Notes: a model not told the origin generated them from the letters alone. 64,000 nucleotides of DNA from Bacillota bacterium (GCA_021771115.1 JAETPP010000001.1:12746-76745), one strand, 5' to 3'; shown: positions 19,808-31,221, counted from the stretch's first letter. Numbers and translations: made by a program.

Positions 19808-20671
19808 TTAAGAAATTTCTTTGATATAGTGATCCAATAGTGGGAAGATCCAATCCTGAAGCGGGGAAAAGGAAAAGCCCAGGCGCTCGGCCTTCTCTGT
19901 GTTGATGCTGTATTCCCTTTCTCCGTTATAGGGCGCTGGATCGCCATCCGACCCGAACACCGGCTGCTTTCCGGTTTTTTCTGTGACATAGCGCAGCACC
20001 TCTTGCAGAGAGATCGTGCCGGGGTTTGCGCCATTGATCCCCTTTTGCGGCTCCTGTTCTCCCAGAAAGGCCAAAAATTTTCCCGCTTCCTCTGAGCTGA
20101 CAAAGCTCATCTGGGCTTCCGGATCATCAATATTCATGGCCTTTCCCAGCAGGGTATGCTCCACATAAAAGTACAGCCGCCGGGTGTAATCATCTTCTCC
20201 GATCACAAAGGGGAACCGCACCGCGGTATAGGGCAATTCCGGAAACGACTGTGCCAAAGCCCGCTCCGCCTGCCGCTTTCCCTCATCGTAGGGAAAATCC
20301 GGACGATCTCCCCAGGTCACCGGTTCCGCCAGGGGATCGAACTCTGCTTCCTTGGTATCCCAATGCTTTTGATACACCGCCGTGCTGGAAATGGAAAGAT
20401 ATTTCCGGCAGGAAAGGTGAGGGATCAGCCTTTTTACATCATTGGAGCAATAGGCAAGGGTATCGTAAACCACATCGAAGCTTTTCCCGGAAAGCCCTTG
20501 CTTCAAGGCCGGCTCATCGGTCCTATCCAAAATAAGCCGATGCACCCGATCTCCGAAATCATCGCCGAGACGCCCCCTGTTTGCCAGGGTCACCTCATGA
20601 CCGCCGGAGAGCAGCGCTCTCACCAAATGCTTTCCCATCATCCGAGTGCCGCCGAGAACCAGTACCTTCAT
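19808..20671 (-). CDS. NAD-dependent epimerase/dehydratase (atypical SDR)
   Basis: VLVLGGTRMMG, ISSTAVY, YDEGK. Confidence 0.88.
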   Translation of the reverse strand: MKVLVLGGTRMMGKHLVRALLSGGHEVTLANRGRLGDDFGDRVHRLILDRTDEPALKQGLSGKSFDVVYDTLAYCSNDVKRLIPHLSCRKYLSISSTAVYQKHWDTKEAEFDPLAEPVTWGDRPDFPYDEGKRQAERALAQSFPELPYTAVRFPFVIGEDDYTRRLYFYVEHTLLGKAMNIDDPEAQMSFVSSEEAGKFLAFLGEQEPQKGINGANPGTISLQEVLRYVTEKTGKQPVFGSDGDPAPYNGEREYSINTEKAERLGFSFSPLQDWIFPLLDHYIKEIS

Positions 20672-20698
20672 AGGGTATCCCCTTTCACGAGAATGAAA

Positions 20699-21118
20699 TT
20701 ATTTTTTGTATTCCTGTTCGCAGTATTTGCAGCGGTACCGGTGGGCTTTTTCATCGCAGAGCACGAAAACCTGATCCACCTGCTCCACGCTGGTGATGCA
20801 CCGGGGATTTTTGCAGGAGATAATATTTACCAGTTTTTCCGGCAGGGAAGGCTTTTTCTTTTCCACCAGCTTCCCGTTTCGAATGGTGCAGACTGTGGCG
20901 TTATCATCGATAAAGCCCAGCACATCCAGGTCGATATTCATGACGCCCTCGATCTTGATGATATCCTTTTTCCCGAATTTTTCGCTTTTCGCGTTTTTGA
21001 TGATCGCCACACAGGTGTCAAGCTTTTGCAGCTCCAACAGCTCATAGATCCGCATGCCCCGGCCTGCGGTGATATGGTCGATCACGATCCCGTTTTCCAG
21101 GCTGTCGATATTCAGCAT
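20699..21118 (-). CDS. pyrI: Aspartate carbamoyltransferase regulatory subunit
   Basis: NGIVIDHI, KKDIIKIE, CKNPRC...CKYC. Confidence 0.94.
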   Translation of the reverse strand: MLNIDSLENGIVIDHITAGRGMRIYELLELQKLDTCVAIIKNAKSEKFGKKDIIKIEGVMNIDLDVLGFIDDNATVCTIRNGKLVEKKKPSLPEKLVNIISCKNPRCITSVEQVDQVFVLCDEKAHRYRCKYCEQEYKK

Positions 21119-21121
21119 GGC

Positions 21122-22060
21122 TTACTCCTCCTTTTCCAATACATCGGGGGCCAGGCCCAACAGAGACAAGATCAGCGCCATGCGGACAAACACGCCGTTT
21201 CTCGCCTGCTGAAAGTACATGGCCCTGGGGTCCTCGTCCACCTCCTGAGCGATCTCATTGACCCTGGGCAGCGGGTGAAGCACTGCTAATTCTTTCTTCC
21301 CCAGGCCAAGCTTTTCCGGGGTGAGAATGTAGGAATCCTTCAGGCGTACATAATCCTCCTCATTGAAAAAGCGCTCTCTCTGCACCCGGGTCATGTAGAG
21401 GATATCCAGCTCCTTCATGACCTCCTCCATGTCCCGCACCTCCCGGTACGGATGGCCGGAGGGCTCTATCACCTCTTTCAGGATATAGCCGGGCATTCTG
21501 AGTTCCTCCGGTGAGATCAGGACAAAGCGGATGTTCTCATACCGCACCAGAGATTTCACCAGAGAATGGACGGTGCGCCCAAATTTCAGATCTCCGCACA
21601 GCCCGATGGTCACGCCGCTGATCTCCCCCCTGCTCCGGTGAATGGTGAGCATGTCCGTGAGAGTCTGGGTGGGGTGCTGGTGGCCGCCGTCTCCGGCGTT
21701 TATCACGGGGATCCCGGAATAGCGGGAGGCAACATAGGGCGCACCCTCCTTGAAATGGCGCATGGCGGCGATATCCGCATAGCCGGAGATCATGCGTATG
21801 GTATCGGCAACGCTTTCCCCCTTGGCAGCGGAGCTGTTTTCCGCCGAGGCAAAGCCCAGCACCTTTCCCCCCAGCCGCATCATGGCGGATTCAAAGCTCA
21901 AGCGTGTGCGAGTGCTCGGTTCATAAAACAGCGTGGCGAGAATTTTCCCATCACATTTGTGGGCATAGTCCTTGGGGCTCACAATGATGTCTTCCGCCAG
22001 AGCCAGAAGCCTGTCCGTTTCCTCCCTGGTAAAGTCCAGCGGATCGATCAAATGACGCAT
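21122..22060 (-). CDS. pyrB: Aspartate carbamoyltransferase catalytic subunit
   Basis: [27 protein letters not shown]. Confidence 0.96.
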   Translation of the reverse strand: MRHLIDPLDFTREETDRLLALAEDIIVSPKDYAHKCDGKILATLFYEPSTRTRLSFESAMMRLGGKVLGFASAENSSAAKGESVADTIRMISGYADIAAMRHFKEGAPYVASRYSGIPVINAGDGGHQHPTQTLTDMLTIHRSRGEISGVTIGLCGDLKFGRTVHSLVKSLVRYENIRFVLISPEELRMPGYILKEVIEPSGHPYREVRDMEEVMKELDILYMTRVQRERFFNEEDYVRLKDSYILTPEKLGLGKKELAVLHPLPRVNEIAQEVDEDPRAMYFQQARNGVFVRMALILSLLGLAPDVLEKEE

Positions 22061-22153
22061 AGCTTTCCCTTCCTTTCCTCAATAGAGCCTGCCGGGGCAT
22101 GTTCTGCCCTAGAAAAAAGCCTCTCCGAACACACGCCGGAAAGGCTTTGCTTC

Positions 22154-22900
22154 TTATTCCTCTTCCTCGTCTTCGGGAGCGTCCCAGTTGTGCCAAACGT
22201 TCTGCACATCATCGCTGTCCTCCAGGAGATCCAGGAGCTTCTGCATTTTTTCCGCTACCTCCGGATCTGCAATGGCGGTATAGGTATCGGGAACCATTTC
22301 CACCTCGGCGGAAACGAACTCGTACCCCTTCTTTTCCAGATCCTCCCGAACGCCGCTGAAATCGGCGGGCTCGGTGGAAATTTCAAACACATCCTCATCT
22401 GCCGCGAAGTCGGAAGCGCCCGCCTCCAGCGCGTCGGTCATGACGGCGTCCTCATCCTGGCCTTCCCGCTCAATGACGATCACGCCCTTCTTGTTGAACA
22501 TGAAGGAAACGCAGCCGGTGGTGCCCAGGTTGCCGCCGAATTTATCAAAGGCATGGCGCACATCCGCCGCCGTACGGTTCCGGTTATCGGTAAGGGCCTC
22601 TACAATAACGGCCACACCGGAGGGGCCGTACCCTTCATAGGTAACATCCTCGTAGTTGTCCCCGGAGCCATCGCCTGCGGCCTTCTTGATAATGCGCTCG
22701 ATGTTATCGTTGGGAACGTTGGCGGCCTTTGCCTTGGCGATACAGTCACGCAGGCGAGAGTTTGCCGCCGGGTCGGCGCTGCCGCCCTCTTTTACCGCCA
22801 CGGCCAGCTCACGCCCGATCTTGGTAAAGATCTTGGCCTTGGCGCCATCCGCTTTTTCTTTCTTTCTCTTAATGTTGTTCCATTTTGAATGTCCTGACAT
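22154..22900 (-). CDS. YebC/PmpR family protein
   Basis: [24 protein letters not shown]. Confidence 0.95.
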   Translation of the reverse strand: MSGHSKWNNIKRKKEKADGAKAKIFTKIGRELAVAVKEGGSADPAANSRLRDCIAKAKAANVPNDNIERIIKKAAGDGSGDNYEDVTYEGYGPSGVAVIVEALTDNRNRTAADVRHAFDKFGGNLGTTGCVSFMFNKKGVIVIEREGQDEDAVMTDALEAGASDFAADEDVFEISTEPADFSGVREDLEKKGYEFVSAEVEMVPDTYTAIADPEVAEKMQKLLDLLEDSDDVQNVWHNWDAPEDEEEE

Positions 22901-22920
22901 ACTTAAAACCGCCTTATACT

Positions 22921-22959
22921 GGATATTAGATGCTAGACGCTGGATGCTGGATAAGGGCA
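22921..22959. repeat. Heptamer (TRGATGC) array plus AAGGGCA module in the yebC leader
   Basis: TAGATGC-TAGACGC-TGGATGC-TGGATAAGGGCA. Confidence 0.8.
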
Positions 22960-23013
22960 TAGCCTTAGCTTTTCTATCCTTCTCTACCATCTAATATCTT
23001 GGAATCGAAGTTT

Positions 23014-23042
23014 ATCATAGCATAATTCCGACAGGATTTCAA
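23014..23042 (-). promoter_or_regulatory. sigA promoter for yebC
   Basis: TTGAAA-17-TATGAT with extended -10 TG. Confidence 0.65.
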
Positions 23043-23077
23043 GTATGTGTGTTTCCCATTTCCAATGGATTTTACAG

Positions 23078-23110
23078 AGAGGCCCTTTTCATGCTGAAAA
23101 GGCCTCTCTG
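23078..23110. terminator. Hairpin/terminator downstream of mntP
   Basis: AGAGAGGCCCTTTTCA-TGC-TGAAAAGGCCTCTCT. Confidence 0.6.
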
Positions 23111-23160
23111 ATTTGCTGTTTGCAACTGTGTTTTCTGAATGAAAGGCGTGAGATAAATAA

Positions 23161-23335
23161 TAGTTTAGCGGTTAGTAAGAGTAACCCATTGTAGGGCCCG
23201 ACGTCCTCGGCGGGCCGCAAGAATACTGGCGGCCCGCCCGGAGGTCGTTGGTCTCCGGTGGAGACCGTCTAACGCCGACCGAACCGACAGGTGAGAACGG
23301 GCCCTACACTTGCTCTCCGGTAAATTCCAGTTTAA
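23161..23335. mobile_element. GTAG-type REP doublet (REPIN) with a 51-bp insertion
   Basis: GTAGGGCCCGACGTCCTCGGCGGGCCGC 23191-23218; inverted REP 23229-23307 split by insert 23246-23296; homologous to 34353-34484. Confidence 0.85.
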
Positions 23336-23354
23336 CGAACTACCCGCCCTACCA

Positions 23355-23548
23355 CTGTCATCCTGAGGGAACATAAAAGGCACTTTGCGCCTTCCTGACG
23401 AAGGATCTCGTTCTACAGCTTTGCAAAAAGGCAAAGGACGAGATCCTTCGCTTCGCTCAGGATGACAGAGGGGGGGCAGGATGACAAGAGGGGACGTAGG
23501 ATGACAGGAGAGGACTCAGAATGACAGAAGGGGAGGCTTAGGATGACA
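23355..23548. repeat. TGTCA-type REP doublet with 5 tandem AGRATGACA arm copies
   Basis: CTGTCATCCTGAGG..GAAGGATCTCG / CGAGATCCTTCGCTTCGCTCAGGATGACAG then about 20-bp period copies. Confidence 0.85.
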
Positions 23549-23573
23549 AAGAAAACGCCTTTTCCCTTAATTT

Positions 23574-23630
23574 CTCACTGCTCATTGCTAATTGCTCATT
23601 TCTTGCCCTTATCCAGTATCCAGCATCTAG
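23574..23630. repeat. (CTCATTG)n heptamer, TGCCCTT and (TCCAGYA)n modules
   Basis: Direct reading; reverse-complement match at 47226-47254. Confidence 0.75.
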
Positions 23631-24193
23631 AAGCTCAGTACGCCTAAATGCTCCAGCAGGATCTTTAGGCCCAGCAGGATCAGGATCACGCCGCCGATGA
23701 ACTCCGCCCGGCTTTTGTATTTTGCGCCAAACAGGCTTCCCACTTTGACGCCTGCCGCGGAAAGCAGAAAGGTAATGGCGCCGATAAAGCCAGCAGCAAC
23801 GCCGATATGCACCTGAAGGAAGGCAAAGCTGACGCCCACCGCCAGGGCGTCGATGCTGGTGGCCACCGCCAGCGGCAGCATGTTTCGGAAGGAAAGGGAC
23901 GCATCCGCCTTTTCCTCTTCTTTGGAAAACGCCTCCCGGATCATATTGCCGCCGATCACGGCAAGCAGCACAAAGGCGATCCAGTGGTCGATGGCGGTGA
24001 TGGCGTCCTTAAACTGGACCCCTACCACATAGCCCAGCACCGGCATCAGCGCCTGAAACCCGCCGAACCACAGGCCCACCAGGGCCATTTGGGCGGGCTT
24101 CACCTTTTTCAGGGCCAGCCCTTTGCAGATCGCCACCGCAAAAGCGTCCATAGAGAGCCCTACCGCTAAAATAAAAAGCTCAGCAATTCCCAT
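23627..24193 (-). CDS. mntP: Manganese efflux pump
   Basis: [28 protein letters not shown]. Confidence 0.9.
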   Translation of the reverse strand: MGIAELFILAVGLSMDAFAVAICKGLALKKVKPAQMALVGLWFGGFQALMPVLGYVVGVQFKDAITAIDHWIAFVLLAVIGGNMIREAFSKEEEKADASLSFRNMLPLAVATSIDALAVGVSFAFLQVHIGVAAGFIGAITFLLSAAGVKVGSLFGAKYKSRAEFIGGVILILLGLKILLEHLGVLSF

Positions 24194-24228
24194 TCCTTCC
24201 CCTACTTTCCCATCTGAAAAAACCTTTT

Positions 24229-24260
24229 CTAACGACTAACAACTAACCTCTAACAACTAA
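24229..24260. repeat. (CTAACAA)n heptamer array starting at the glgP stop
   Basis: CTAACGA-CTAACAA-CTAACCT-CTAACAA-CTAA. Confidence 0.85.
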
Positions 24261-26527
24261 AGATGCCAAATATCGGCGTTGTATTGCGCGATCGCTCTGT
24301 CGGAGGAGAAAAAGCCGGCCTTTGCGATATTCGTAAGCATCTTTTTGGCCCAGCTCATTCTATCCTCATACGCTTCAAAAAGCCGTTCCTTTACCTCGAT
24401 ATATTCCTTCACATCCAAAAGGGCCATAAACCAGTCTTTTCGGGTCATGTCCTTATAGAGCCTGCCCAGGTTTTCCGGGTCTCCCAGCCGCATCAGCTCC
24501 GGGCTGATGATAAAATCCAAAAGCTCCGCAAGCTCCGGGTCGGCGGGGTAAAGCGCCGCCGGCGTGTAGCGGTCCGGGCCTTCCTCATAGAGGTGAATGA
24601 TCTCATCGCTGGAGCAGCCGAAAATGGCGATGTTTTCTTTTCCCACCAGCTCACAGATTTCCACGTTAGCGCCGTCCATGGTCCCCAGGGTCACAGCGCC
24701 GTTCAGCATAAATTTCATATTGCCGGTGCCGCTTGCCTCCTTGGAGGCCAGGGAGATCTGCTCGGAAACATCACAGGCGGGGATCAGGTGCTCGGCCCAG
24801 GTGATATTGTAATTCTCCACCATGACCACCTTCAGCCAGGGGCTGACCTCCGGGTCTTTTTCGATAAAGTCCCTGAGGCACAGGATCAGATGGATGATAT
24901 CCTTGGCGATGATATAAGCGGGGGCCGCCTTGGCGCCGAACAGCAGGGTAATGGGCCGCTTCGGCCTGTGCCCCGCTTTGATCTGCTTATATTTCCAGAT
25001 GATATACAGCGCGTTCATCTGCTGCCGCTTGTATTCGTGCAGGCGCTTGATCTGAATATCGAAAATGGACTCGCTGTTAATTTCTATGCCGCTTTTTTCC
25101 TGTAAATACGTTTTCAGCTGTTCCTTTTTCCGCCGCTTCACTTCCAGCAAGCGGGAAAGGACCGCCTCGTCCTCCCGGTACTCCAGCAGCTTTTGAAGCT
25201 CTTTCGCGTCTTTTTTCCAGCCGCTGCCAATGAGCTCTGTGATAAGCCCGGACAGCTCCGGGTCACAGTGCATGAGCCAGCGGCGGAAGGTGACGCCGTT
25301 TGTCTTGTTGTTGAATTTCTCCGGGTAAATGGCGGCAAATTCCTTCAGCTCGGCGTTTTTCAGGATCTCTGTGTGCAAGGCGGCAACGCCGTTGACGGAG
25401 AAGCCGTAATGGATATCCATGCGCGCCATATGCACCAGACCGTTTTCATCGATGATCGAAAGGCTGGGATCCTTGTATTTTTCCTTTACCCGGCGGTCCA
25501 GCTCCCGGATAATGGGAACCAGCTGCGGCACCGCTTCCTCCAGATAATCCAGCGGCCACTTTTCCAGGGCCTCTGCCAAAATGGTGTGGTTCGTGTAGGC
25601 GCAGGTTTGGCTTACGATGGAAATGGCCTCGTCCATGGAAATGCCGTCCTTTTGCAGCAGGCGAATGAGCTCCGGGATCACCATGGAGGGGTGGGTATCG
25701 TTGATTTGGATCGCCGCGTGCTTATGGAGATCCCGCAGGGCATATCCTTTTCCGGAAAGCTCCTTCAGGATCAGCTGGGCTCCGCAGCTGACCATGAAAT
25801 ACTGCTGATACACCCGCAAAAGCCGCCCTGCCCGGTCGCCGTCGTCCGGATAGAGGAACAGGGTAAGATTGTGGGCGATATCCCTTTTATCAAAATTGAT
25901 CCCGTCCTTTACCAGTTCCTCATTCACCGTTTCCAGGTCGAACAGGCGCAGGCGGTTCGTGCCGTTTTCATAGCCGGAAACATCCAGGTCATACAGAACG
26001 GCCCGCAGCTCTCCGCTGGGAAAGGGCACGGTAAAGCTTTCCCCGGTACGCCGAAGCCAGTTCTGCTTTGTGATCCACCGGTCCGGCGTTTCCCACTGCT
26101 TACGGTCCCGGAAGCTCTGCCGGAACAAGCCGAAATGGTACAGCAGCCCCACGCCGTCTGCCGGAAGGCCCAGGGTGGCGGCGGAATCCAGATAACAGGC
26201 GGCAAGGCGGCCCAGGCCGCCGTTTCCCAGGGAGGGCTCCGGCTCCAGCTCCTCGATCTGCGACAGGGTCTTCCCCGCTTCCCGAAGAGCTTCCTTTACC
26301 TCCTCATACATTCCCAAATTGATCAGATTGTTGGAAAGCAGCTTGCCGATCAAAAATTCGGCGGAAATATAATAGAGCTTTCTGTCCCCCTGAATTCTGG
26401 GAGCGTTCTCCAGCTTTTCCTTTACCAGCGCCAGAAGCCCGTGATAGACCGCGCTGTCCTCCGCGGCGGAAAGGCTTTGTGCCCCCTGCTCTCTCACCTT
26501 TTGCTCCAGCTCTTCCTTGACCGTCAT
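24257..26527 (-). CDS. glgP: Glycogen/maltodextrin phosphorylase
   Basis: [42 protein letters not shown]. Confidence 0.95.
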   Translation of the reverse strand: MTVKEELEQKVREQGAQSLSAAEDSAVYHGLLALVKEKLENAPRIQGDRKLYYISAEFLIGKLLSNNLINLGMYEEVKEALREAGKTLSQIEELEPEPSLGNGGLGRLAACYLDSAATLGLPADGVGLLYHFGLFRQSFRDRKQWETPDRWITKQNWLRRTGESFTVPFPSGELRAVLYDLDVSGYENGTNRLRLFDLETVNEELVKDGINFDKRDIAHNLTLFLYPDDGDRAGRLLRVYQQYFMVSCGAQLILKELSGKGYALRDLHKHAAIQINDTHPSMVIPELIRLLQKDGISMDEAISIVSQTCAYTNHTILAEALEKWPLDYLEEAVPQLVPIIRELDRRVKEKYKDPSLSIIDENGLVHMARMDIHYGFSVNGVAALHTEILKNAELKEFAAIYPEKFNNKTNGVTFRRWLMHCDPELSGLITELIGSGWKKDAKELQKLLEYREDEAVLSRLLEVKRRKKEQLKTYLQEKSGIEINSESIFDIQIKRLHEYKRQQMNALYIIWKYKQIKAGHRPKRPITLLFGAKAAPAYIIAKDIIHLILCLRDFIEKDPEVSPWLKVVMVENYNITWAEHLIPACDVSEQISLASKEASGTGNMKFMLNGAVTLGTMDGANVEICELVGKENIAIFGCSSDEIIHLYEEGPDRYTPAALYPADPELAELLDFIISPELMRLGDPENLGRLYKDMTRKDWFMALLDVKEYIEVKERLFEAYEDRMSWAKKMLTNIAKAGFFSSDRAIAQYNADIWHL

Positions 26528-26543
26528 AAAAGCACCTCCTGCT

Positions 26544-28046
26544 TTACTGCCTGGCCCGCCCATAGAGCGCTGTCAGGCGGGCAATTTTTTTGGCCAGCTC
26601 TTCCGTGGCCTGGCCCTTTGTCATGCGCCAGCGCCAGTTGTTCCCTCCCAGCGTGGAGGGGGTGTTGATCCGGGCTTCGCTGCCCAGATCCAGATAATCC
26701 TGCATGGGGATGACCGCCAGATCCGCCACGCTGCCCAAAGCCGCGCGGATAAAGGCCCAGTTCCCGTCCTTATCGTTTGCAAGGCCCAGGTAATCCATGG
26801 CTACAGCGATATCCGCCGGGTCCGCCGTGCGAAACCAGCCGCGGACTGTTTCGTTATCGTGGGTGCCGGTGTAGACCACACAGTTTTTGGGGTAATTGTG
26901 GGGCAGGTAATCGCTTTCCTCCCTGGAATCAAAGGCGAATTCCAGCACCTTCATGCCGGGATAGCCGCTGCTTTTCAAGAGGCGGCGCACCGCGGGGGTC
27001 AGATACCCCAGGTCCTCGGCGATGATGGCCGCCCCGCCGAATTCCCGGTTGATGGCGTCCACAAAGGCCTTACCCGGCCCCTTTCTCCAACGCCCGTTTC
27101 TGGCGGTGGTATCTCCATAGGGAATGGCATAGTAGCTCTCCAGACCCCGAAAATGATCGATGCGCAGCACATCCACCGTGGTCAGGTTCGCCTTCAGGCG
27201 CTTGAGCCACCAGGAAAAGCCATCCTTTGCCATTTCATCCCAACGGTAAAGAGGATTTCCCCAAAGCTGGCCGTCCTCGGAAAAGGCATCCGGCGGGCAG
27301 CCTGCCACTTCGGTGGGCACATTGTTTTCGTCCAGCTGAAAAAGCTGGGGACTGGCCCACACATCGGCGCTGTCCATCGCCACATAGATGGGGGCGTCGC
27401 CGATGATCTTCACACCCTTTTTATTGGCGTACTTTTTCAGTTTGCCCCATTGGTCGAAAAATAAATACTGCACGAAAATGTGATAGGCAATGTCCTCAGC
27501 ACACTGAGCCCGCCACTTTTTCAGGGCCTCCGGGCGGCGCATGCGGATGTCCTCGTCCCACTCGTTCCAGGGCTTCAGGTCCATCTTTGCTTTGACCGCC
27601 ATATAAAGGGCGTAATCCTCCACCCAGGCCTTGTTTTTCCGGCGGAAGCTTTCTAAGGCCTTCTCATTGGTGAAATTGGAAAAAGCCCTGCGCAGCACCT
27701 TTTCCCGGTTTTCGTAAACGATATCATAATCTACCCGATGCTTGCTTTCTCCCCAAGAGATCTTCTTACATTTTCCCTTTTTCAGCAGCCCCTGTTCACA
27801 GAGAAGCTCCAGGTCGATAAAATAAGGGTTTCCCGCAAAGGCGGAAAAGCTTTGATAGGGGCTGTCGCCATAGCTCGTGGGGCCCAGGGGCAGCACCTGC
27901 CAGTATTTCTGCTTTGCCTGGGCCAGGAAATCCACCCACTGGTAGGCCGCTTTTCCAAAGGTGCCTATTCCGTACTTTGAGGGCAGGCTGCTGACCGGAA
28001 GTAAAATTCCCGCCGCCCTCTCCATCCATGTATTCTGCTTTGCCAT
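26544..28046 (-). CDS. malQ: 4-alpha-glucanotransferase (GH77)
   Basis: [35 protein letters not shown]. Confidence 0.96.
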   Translation of the reverse strand: MAKQNTWMERAAGILLPVSSLPSKYGIGTFGKAAYQWVDFLAQAKQKYWQVLPLGPTSYGDSPYQSFSAFAGNPYFIDLELLCEQGLLKKGKCKKISWGESKHRVDYDIVYENREKVLRRAFSNFTNEKALESFRRKNKAWVEDYALYMAVKAKMDLKPWNEWDEDIRMRRPEALKKWRAQCAEDIAYHIFVQYLFFDQWGKLKKYANKKGVKIIGDAPIYVAMDSADVWASPQLFQLDENNVPTEVAGCPPDAFSEDGQLWGNPLYRWDEMAKDGFSWWLKRLKANLTTVDVLRIDHFRGLESYYAIPYGDTTARNGRWRKGPGKAFVDAINREFGGAAIIAEDLGYLTPAVRRLLKSSGYPGMKVLEFAFDSREESDYLPHNYPKNCVVYTGTHDNETVRGWFRTADPADIAVAMDYLGLANDKDGNWAFIRAALGSVADLAVIPMQDYLDLGSEARINTPSTLGGNNWRWRMTKGQATEELAKKIARLTALYGRARQ

Positions 28047-28246
28047 GTGCTGACCCTGCCTTTCTTTCCGGAGCCGCGAAGATTTCACTCTCCGCAGCTG
28101 ACAAGCTTATAGTTTAGTATAACACTTTTTTCAGGGAAGCCGCAACTATATTTTGGACAAAAATTCCAATTTTTTAAATTTCCAAATTTTTTCTTTTAGA
28201 GATTTTGCCGCAGATGCTTTTATTTTGTCAAAACGGCACGCACACA

Positions 28247-28280
28247 TAAAAACGGCAGGGAAATATCCCTGCCGCTTTTA
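28247..28280 (-). terminator. Intrinsic terminator of ilvE
   Basis: TAAAAACGGCAGGGA-AATA-TCCCTGCCGCTTTTA. Confidence 0.75.
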
Positions 28281-28292
28281 TTATGTTCCGCT

Positions 28293-29363
28293 TTACGGCA
28301 CTTCCACCGTCCAGCCCAGGTCATCCGGTAATTTTCCGGTCTGGATCCCGGTTACGGTATCGTACAGCTTCTGGCTCACAGGCCCGATGCCGCCGCCGGA
28401 AATTTCCATTACGGTATCTTCAAACCGCAGAGCACCCACCGGGGAGACCACCGCGGCGGTGCCGCTGCCCCAGCATTCCTCCAAGGCGCCGGTTTTTGCC
28501 GCTTCCACCAGCTCATCCACGGAAATGCGGCGCTCCTCTACCTCCATCCCCCAGCTTTTGCACAGGTCAATGCAGGAGGCGCGGGTAACGCCGGGCAGAA
28601 TGCTGCCGTTTAACATAGGCGTGACCACCTTGCCGTTTATCTTGAAGAAGATATTCATTGCCCCTACTTCCTCAATATATTTCCGCTCCACGCCGTCCAG
28701 CCAAAGCACCTGGGAATAGCCCTCGTCGTGGGCCTTCATCTGGGCCTTCAGGCTGGCCACATAATTGCCGCCTGTTTTTGCTTCTCCTATGCCGCCCCGG
28801 ACAGCCCGCACATAATCATCCTCGATCCAGATCTTCACCGGGTCAAGGCCGCTTTCGTAGTAAGCGCCGGAGGGAGACAGAATGATGAGAAAGAGGTAAT
28901 TGTCCGCAGGCCGCACCCCCAGGAAGGGGTCGGTGGCGATGACAAAGGGGCGAATGTACAGAGAGGTGCCGGGGGCCGTGGGGATCCAATCCTTCTCCAC
29001 GCTGACAAGGGTTTTGAGGGCGTTCAGAAAATCCTCCTCCGGGATCTCCGGGATGCACAGGCGGCGATTGGAATTGTTGGCCCGCTCGATATTCTTATTG
29101 GGGCGGAACAGCAGCGTGCGCCCATCCTCCGTGCGGTACGCCTTTAAGCCCTCGAACATTTCCTGTCCGTAATGGAACACCATGGCGGAGGGCTCCAGCT
29201 CCAGGGAATGATAGGGCTCTATCCTGGGATCATGCCAGCCCTTTTCCGGGCTGTAGGGCATGATGTACATGTGGTCTGTAAATATTTTTCCAAACCCCAG
29301 CTTGGATTGATCCGCAGGCTTTGCCTTCGGCTGCTTTGTCAATGTGATCCTGATTTCCTGCAT
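28293..29363 (-). CDS. ilvE: Branched-chain amino acid aminotransferase
   Basis: FGKIFTDHM, HYGQEMFEGLKAY, KTGGNY, ILPGVTR. Confidence 0.95.
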   Translation of the reverse strand: MQEIRITLTKQPKAKPADQSKLGFGKIFTDHMYIMPYSPEKGWHDPRIEPYHSLELEPSAMVFHYGQEMFEGLKAYRTEDGRTLLFRPNKNIERANNSNRRLCIPEIPEEDFLNALKTLVSVEKDWIPTAPGTSLYIRPFVIATDPFLGVRPADNYLFLIILSPSGAYYESGLDPVKIWIEDDYVRAVRGGIGEAKTGGNYVASLKAQMKAHDEGYSQVLWLDGVERKYIEEVGAMNIFFKINGKVVTPMLNGSILPGVTRASCIDLCKSWGMEVEERRISVDELVEAAKTGALEECWGSGTAAVVSPVGALRFEDTVMEISGGGIGPVSQKLYDTVTGIQTGKLPDDLGWTVEVP

Positions 29364-29453
29364 ACTCTTGACCTCACTTTTTACGAATCGTATGATACAT
29401 GCACCCTATTATAGCACTTTACCGCAAAAATGCAAGGGAAGCTCGTTTCTCTT

Positions 29454-30164
29454 TCAAAAAAGTCCCCCACAGGCTTTTCCGAAGGCGCGGAAAATTTTCC
29501 GGCTGCTCTCATCGCTTCGGTAGGAAAACTCAGGGTGCCACTGCACCCCGAGGGCAAACCGGTGCTCCGGCAGATACACCGCTTCCGTGACGCCATCGGG
29601 CGCGGCGGCGGCAATTTCGAGCCCGCTCCCCAGCGTTTTAACCCCCTGGTGATGATAGCTGTTCACCGCCATTTCCTCTACCCCCACCGCCTGAAACAGC
29701 GGGGACCCGGGCAGCACCTTGACCCTATGCGCAGGCTTATCGTAGGGCGGCGTTTCGTGGTGGTTCACCCCGCTTGGCAGCTCTGTAGGAAGATCCTGAT
29801 ACAGATCCCCGCCCAGCATCACGTTAAAAAGCTGAACACCCCGGCAAATGCCCAGAAGGGGCTTTCCGGTTTCCAGGGCCATGGGGAAAAACAGGCGTTC
29901 CATGTTGTCCCTCTCCGGGCAGATGACCCCGCATTGTTCTGATTTTTCCGCGCCGTACAGGGTGGGTGATAAATCGTGGCCGCCGGGAAACAAAAAGCCA
30001 TCGCACAGAGATGCAAAGCGGGAAAGGGCCTCTTTGTCCTCGGTCAGAGGCAGGATCACTGAGGCGGCTCCCGCCTCCTCCAGCGCCTGCGCATAGCCGG
30101 GCAGCATCCAATAGCTTTCCTTTTTTTCATCATATAAAGAGACAATACCGATCAGGGGTTTCAT
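29454..30164 (-). CDS. Gamma-glutamyl-gamma-aminobutyrate hydrolase family (peptidase C26)
   Basis: LGICRGVQ, VNSYHHQ, GVQWHPE. Confidence 0.9.
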   Translation of the reverse strand: MKPLIGIVSLYDEKKESYWMLPGYAQALEEAGAASVILPLTEDKEALSRFASLCDGFLFPGGHDLSPTLYGAEKSEQCGVICPERDNMERLFFPMALETGKPLLGICRGVQLFNVMLGGDLYQDLPTELPSGVNHHETPPYDKPAHRVKVLPGSPLFQAVGVEEMAVNSYHHQGVKTLGSGLEIAAAAPDGVTEAVYLPEHRFALGVQWHPEFSYRSDESSRKIFRAFGKACGGLF

Positions 30165-30347
30165 AGAATTCTTCCTTTCTTCACGACTGTTTACAGCATA
30201 GCACGATTTCCGGCCCCGCGCAACCGGAACCCCCCCGTAGCTTTCAACATCTATAGCATGGACGGTTTCCAAAAAATCCACAAATCCAGTTTACTTTTTC
30301 CGGGTTTTCTGGTATTATTTAGCAAAAGATTTCAGGAGGTTCTTTGT

Positions 30348-31178
30348 ATGGCACTGATAGAATGTAATTTCTTTTCCAAATCCCTGATGCGCACGGTCCC
30401 GATCCAGGTGGTGCTGCCCACGGACAAAATGGTATTTCCGGGCCAGCCCCAGCCGGAGGAAAAGCCCTTTCAGACCCTGTACCTGCTCCACGGCGTTTTC
30501 GGAAACTATACGGACTGGGTTTCCGGCACCCGGCTGCAGGCCTGGGCGCAGGACAGGAACCTGGCGGTGGTAATGCCCTCCGGCGACAACTGCTTTTACG
30601 TGGATAACGAAAAATCAAACGCCTTGTATGGCTCGTTCATTTCCAAGGATCTGGTGGAATTTACCCGCAAAAGCTTCCCCCTGTCCCGCAAGCGGGAGGA
30701 TACCTTTATCGGCGGCCTTTCCATGGGCGGCTTCGGCGCCATTGTAAACGGCCTGCAGCACCCGGAAACCTTTGGCGCGATCTGCGCTTTTTCCGCCGCC
30801 ACCATTTTGGACGAGATCCCTACCCACAGGGAATATACCGATTTTCTCATGACCAACCGGGGCTATTATGAATCCGTGTTCGGCGATATTGATAAAATCC
30901 GGGGCGGAAAGAACGACTATGACTTTTTGGCGGAGCAGGCTGCAAAAGCCGGTGTAATGCCCCGCGTGTACATGGCTTGCGGCACCGAGGATCACCTGAT
31001 CGATAGCAACCGGGCTTTCCGGGATCATTTGAAGGAGCTGGGCTATGACGTTACCTGGGAGGAAGGCCCCGGCGGACATGACTGGGTGTTCTGGGATACC
31101 TATATTCTTCGGGCCATGGAGTGGCTGCCGCTGGATACCGCCACCCAGGGGGTAAGCTCAGGCCATATTGCGGAATAG
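30348..31178 (+). CDS. Alpha/beta-hydrolase esterase (tributyrin esterase/CE1-like)
   Basis: YLLHG, GLSMGG, CGTED, GHDWVFW; RBS AGGAGG. Confidence 0.9.
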   Translation: MALIECNFFSKSLMRTVPIQVVLPTDKMVFPGQPQPEEKPFQTLYLLHGVFGNYTDWVSGTRLQAWAQDRNLAVVMPSGDNCFYVDNEKSNALYGSFISKDLVEFTRKSFPLSRKREDTFIGGLSMGGFGAIVNGLQHPETFGAICAFSAATILDEIPTHREYTDFLMTNRGYYESVFGDIDKIRGGKNDYDFLAEQAAKAGVMPRVYMACGTEDHLIDSNRAFRDHLKELGYDVTWEEGPGGHDWVFWDTYILRAMEWLPLDTATQGVSSGHIAE

Positions 31179-31221
31179 TCTTAGGATTTTCCACTGAACT
31201 CTGACGAAAGGAAGGAACACT

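Noticed and set aside
29364-29453. T-box leader for ilvE
   Set aside because: The spacer is too short and has no T-box consensus.
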